From NCBI RefSeq assembly GCF_036287235.1, contig NZ_CP142850.1:2291336-2323335 (forward strand): a stretch of DNA of 32,000 nucleotides, written 5' to 3'. The position numbers and the translations under genes are program-made. The notes beneath the pieces are model-generated. The model made no database searches, was not told where the DNA came from, and saw only the letters and a program-made list of their open reading frames with translations. Origin of the DNA: Exiguobacterium sp. 9-2. GTDB taxonomy: Bacteria > Bacillota > Bacilli > Exiguobacteriales > Exiguobacteriaceae. Of the stretch, positions 29,028 through 32,000 are shown piece by piece. How positions within the stretch are numbered: position 1 is the stretch's first letter; the number at the start of each line of letters is the position of its first letter.

Positions 29028-29546
29028 TCATTCCTCTTTACCTAGATGAATCCGGTAAACCGGTTCATATCGCGGCGAAACGCCTGGTCGTACTTCAAAC
29101 AGAATAAGTTCACGAACAGTCCATTCCACCGGTTGTATCGGATTCGTCGTCCATTCTTCCGCCTCCGTGCGCCACTTCTTCGCGATCGTGACATGCGGAA
29201 CGAATGGTTTAGTCGCACTTGGATCAATCAGACGCACTAATCGAAACAATTCCTCTGCTTCTGTTCCGAATCCGACGACACGTGGTCGCTCCCTTTGTCC
29301 AAAGGTAATTAGACGATCTAATCGAAGTACGAAAGGTTCGATCGTGCGCGCAATCTCCTGCAGTTGCTGTTTCCACGATCGTTGTTCTTCTTCCTCCAGC
29401 GGGCCAAAAAAACGAAGCGTCAAATGGTACTCTTCTAACGTATAGACATTTCGAAAGTAATCAGATAGAGATAAACGATTAGCGATATTTGCTAAATCTT
29501 CAGAAGGAATCGGTAAAGCAACGAAAAAGTGTCGTTCCTGTCTCAT
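29028..29546 (-). CDS. thpR: RNA 2',3'-cyclic phosphodiesterase (2'-5' RNA ligase family)
   Basis: Two HxTx motifs: 'EYHLTLRFFG' and 'FVPHVTIAKK'. Confidence 0.92.
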   Translation of the reverse strand: MRQERHFFVALPIPSEDLANIANRLSLSDYFRNVYTLEEYHLTLRFFGPLEEEEQRSWKQQLQEIARTIEPFVLRLDRLITFGQRERPRVVGFGTEAEELFRLVRLIDPSATKPFVPHVTIAKKWRTEAEEWTTNPIQPVEWTVRELILFEVRPGVSPRYEPVYRIHLGKEE

Positions 29547-29553
29547 CGTATCT

Positions 29554-30702
29554 TCACTCCTTCATTCGACCACTGACACTGTACAGGACGGCACCAAGAA
29601 TACTGCTAATTGTATATACCCAAAAGACGGTATAGATTGTACTTTGGTCTAGCACAAACCCACTCATCAAGTTAAACAGCGCTGTCGCTAGCCCTGTCGT
29701 CGTTGCCATATATGTACTGACAGCTGTTGCGACCATCGTCTCTGGAACGAGTGACCGAACATAGTCTAATGCAACAGGGATCAACAATCCGACGATCATT
29801 CCTTGCATCGCAGACAATACCCAAAGCATGACGATCGGAAGCTCTAATGCGATCATCGCCGTACGAGCAGCTGACAGCAAGGAAATGAAGACAAGAACTG
29901 GAATCGCTCCGAATCGTAACAATAGACGCGAAGCGATGCGCATGAACGGGATTTCGCACAGAACGGCGACGAAGAACAAGGTCCCGACGAGCGCGGTTGT
30001 CTCTCCACGAATCGTGACGTAGCTGCCAAAGTAATAGTTATTGGCGAAGATCGGTCCGAAGATCAAACTCCCTCCCGCTAAGAATAACAAGAAGCGTCGA
30101 TTCGAAAAGAGTTGTTTCAACGGTACCTGTTGTTGATGTGAAATGTGTACGTTCCCCGTTTCTTCAATACCGATCAACACAAGAAAACCAAGAACCCACG
30201 CTGCACCGGTCGCATAAAAAATCAGACCAAGTCCACCCTCCTCAGTGATTTGTCCAAGGATGAAGACGGCTAAAGCAAAACCAGCTGATCCAAAAAGACG
30301 CAAGGCGCCATAATCTACCTTACGTTTTCGTGTATATTCGATCGCTAATGTATCAACGAGTGGAATATGCGCGCACTGGAATAATGCCCAGACACATGAA
30401 ATCAACAGTAAAAGTAGATAAGCGGACGTCAGTAAGTAACTCAATGTAAATACTCCAGCGGCGAGCATGGCAACGAGTAAGAGACGTTTTGGCTTTCCGA
30501 GTCGATCTGCCGCGATGCCCCAAACGGGCTGTAAGAAAATAGAGAGAATCGGTCCGATCGCAACGATTGTACCAATCTCTGAAGCGGACAGACCGAACGC
30601 ATCGCTTGAAAAATAAAGCGCAAGATACGGAATGAGTGCACCTTGTCCAAAGAAAATAAAGAAATATAACGCTTGGAAATGATAAGTTTGACGATTTTTC
30701 AC
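29554..30702 (-). CDS. MFS transporter (MFS_1-like / LacY-like)
   Basis: 12-TM pattern, 'LSASEIGTIVAIGPILSIFLQPVWGIAADRLGKPKRLL'; likely GTG start at 30702 preceded by aaagga. Confidence 0.88.
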   Translation of the reverse strand: MKNRQTYHFQALYFFIFFGQGALIPYLALYFSSDAFGLSASEIGTIVAIGPILSIFLQPVWGIAADRLGKPKRLLLVAMLAAGVFTLSYLLTSAYLLLLLISCVWALFQCAHIPLVDTLAIEYTRKRKVDYGALRLFGSAGFALAVFILGQITEEGGLGLIFYATGAAWVLGFLVLIGIEETGNVHISHQQQVPLKQLFSNRRFLLFLAGGSLIFGPIFANNYYFGSYVTIRGETTALVGTLFFVAVLCEIPFMRIASRLLLRFGAIPVLVFISLLSAARTAMIALELPIVMLWVLSAMQGMIVGLLIPVALDYVRSLVPETMVATAVSTYMATTTGLATALFNLMSGFVLDQSTIYTVFWVYTISSILGAVLYSVSGRMKE

Positions 30703-30762
30703 ACGGAACTTCCTTTCAAGAAGCAATCCCCCCATCTTCACGATGCGGGGGATCATCAGTCA

Positions 30763-32000
30763 TTATTTTGCGAGTTCATAAATTGCTTCTGCATAAATCG
30801 CGACAGCAAGCAAGAGTTCTTCAAAATCAACATATTCATCGACTTGGTGGGCAACTTCAGGACCACCTGGGAAGACTGGTCCAAATGCAACCCCTGCCGT
30901 TAACGAACGTGCATATGTACCACCACCGATAGCGATCAGATCAGCTGGTTGGTTCGTATGACGTTCATACACGGCACTCAGTGTCTGAATCAATTCATGA
31001 TCCGGATCGACATGGTGTGGTGTCATATGTGTTCGAGTCTGTAACTCGAAGCCATATCCCGCTGCCGCTTCCTTGATGATTTGCAAGCGTTCCGTGAAGT
31101 CTGCTGAATAAGGATAACGGATGTTGATCGACGCTGTTCCTTGCTCTTCTACATACCGGAATACACCACCGTTGATCGTTAAGTCACCTGTCTCGTCTGA
31201 AGCAGCGACACCAATCGCTACACCGCGAGAATCACGGAACATGTGCGTGACAAGCTGAATATAACGACTACCGTTATAATCCAAGTGAAGCGTATTGAGG
31301 AAACGTGCTAAATGTAAGGCAGCATTTTTACCGTTATCCGGCTCCATCGCATGGGCTGCGACACCGTTCACATCAAGAACGAGACCTTCCGTTTCTTGCT
31401 TGACCGTCCCAGACAAGCCTTGTTCTTCAAGATACGTATGGAAATCCGTTTCAAGCGTCCCCAATTCGACGACACGAAGAAGTGCTTGGGCATGACCCGG
31501 AACCATGTTCGGACGTTCGCCGCCTTCAAAACGAACGAGATGGTAGCCTGTATCAGATGCTTGCGCTGGTTTCCCTTGAATCAATAACCCATCATACAGT
31601 CCTTTTTCCGCATTGATGATCGGGAAGTCGGCATCTGGTGCAAAGCCGAGAGTCGGCATTTCTTCATGTTTGAAGTAATGATTCACACAACGCCAGTCAC
31701 TCTCTTCATCTCCTCCAGCAATCAAACGAATACGTTTTGAGAGCGGTAATCCGAGTTCTTTGACGATCTTCAAGGCATAATAAGCTGCCATCGTCGGTCC
31801 TTTATCATCGATTGCACCGCGCGCATACAGTTTCCCATCGACAAGCGTTGGGTTAAATGGACCGTATGTCCAGTGATCGCCACCAGCTGGTACGACGTCT
31901 AAGTGACAAAGAATACCGAGTAACTCTTCCCCTTGACCATATTCCAAATGTCCGGCGTATCCATCAACATTTTTTGTCTTGAATCCGTCTCGTTCCCCTG
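30763..32000 (-). CDS. pepV: Dipeptidase PepV (M20 family), 5' end outside window
   Basis: The frame continues past the listed ORF start (GERDGFKTKNVDGYAGHLEYGQGEELLGILCHLDVVPAGG). 'DDKGPTMAAYYALKIVKEL', 'AGGDEESDWRCVNHYF', 'IAIGGGTYARS'. Confidence 0.93.
   Translation of the reverse strand, partial: GERDGFKTKNVDGYAGHLEYGQGEELLGILCHLDVVPAGGDHWTYGPFNPTLVDGKLYARGAIDDKGPTMAAYYALKIVKELGLPLSKRIRLIAGGDEESDWRCVNHYFKHEEMPTLGFAPDADFPIINAEKGLYDGLLIQGKPAQASDTGYHLVRFEGGERPNMVPGHAQALLRVVELGTLETDFHTYLEEQGLSGTVKQETEGLVLDVNGVAAHAMEPDNGKNAALHLARFLNTLHLDYNGSRYIQLVTHMFRDSRGVAIGVAASDETGDLTINGGVFRYVEEQGTASINIRYPYSADFTERLQIIKEAAAGYGFELQTRTHMTPHHVDPDHELIQTLSAVYERHTNQPADLIAIGGGTYARSLTAGVAFGPVFPGGPEVAHQVDEYVDFEELLLAVAIYAEAIYELAK

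Noticed and set aside
1-32000. CRISPR arrays, transposases, integrases, phage genes, restriction or toxin-antitoxin cassettes
   Set aside because: None seen on either strand. Confident genes are core metabolic or housekeeping types and the repeats found are short tandem or inverted elements only.
1-32000. tRNA or rRNA genes and T-box/riboswitch leaders
   Set aside because: No recognisable tRNA TPsiC/anticodon arrangement, rRNA stretch or T-box GGGTGG motif was noticed by eye; a tRNAscan-SE and Infernal/Rfam scan would be needed to be definitive.

Overview
Chromosomal housekeeping segment from a low-GC-to-moderate-GC Firmicute. Gene order and protein sequences resemble Bacillales, most like Exiguobacterium; this genus call is an inference from remembered sequence character, not a search. 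Content in order: 3' part of a class A penicillin-binding protein, acsA divergent from acuABC, a YtkA-like lipoprotein, ccpA-aroA, ytxH-ytxG, an M29 aminopeptidase, dps, a DUF2179 protein, murC, an acidic protein at the usual sftA position, ytpR-ytpQ-ytpP, an EIIC-like membrane protein, an M42 aminopeptidase, small membrane proteins, trmB, alsS-alsD, a phosphotransferase, type I pullulanase, a hypothetical protein, thpR, an MFS transporter and the 3' part of pepV. I see no prophage, transposase, CRISPR array, tRNA/rRNA, toxin-antitoxin or defence-like cassette, and no convincing new multi-gene system. The items most worth a second look are small: an SftA-like linker protein with no FtsK motor domain at the sftA locus, an unlisted 33-aa hydrophobic ORF between trmB and alsS with a strong RBS and its own terminator, a 46-bp tandem duplication that preserves a stop codon, and several candidate operators and promoters (cre-like sites, a 13-bp palindrome, a sigma-B-like dps promoter).
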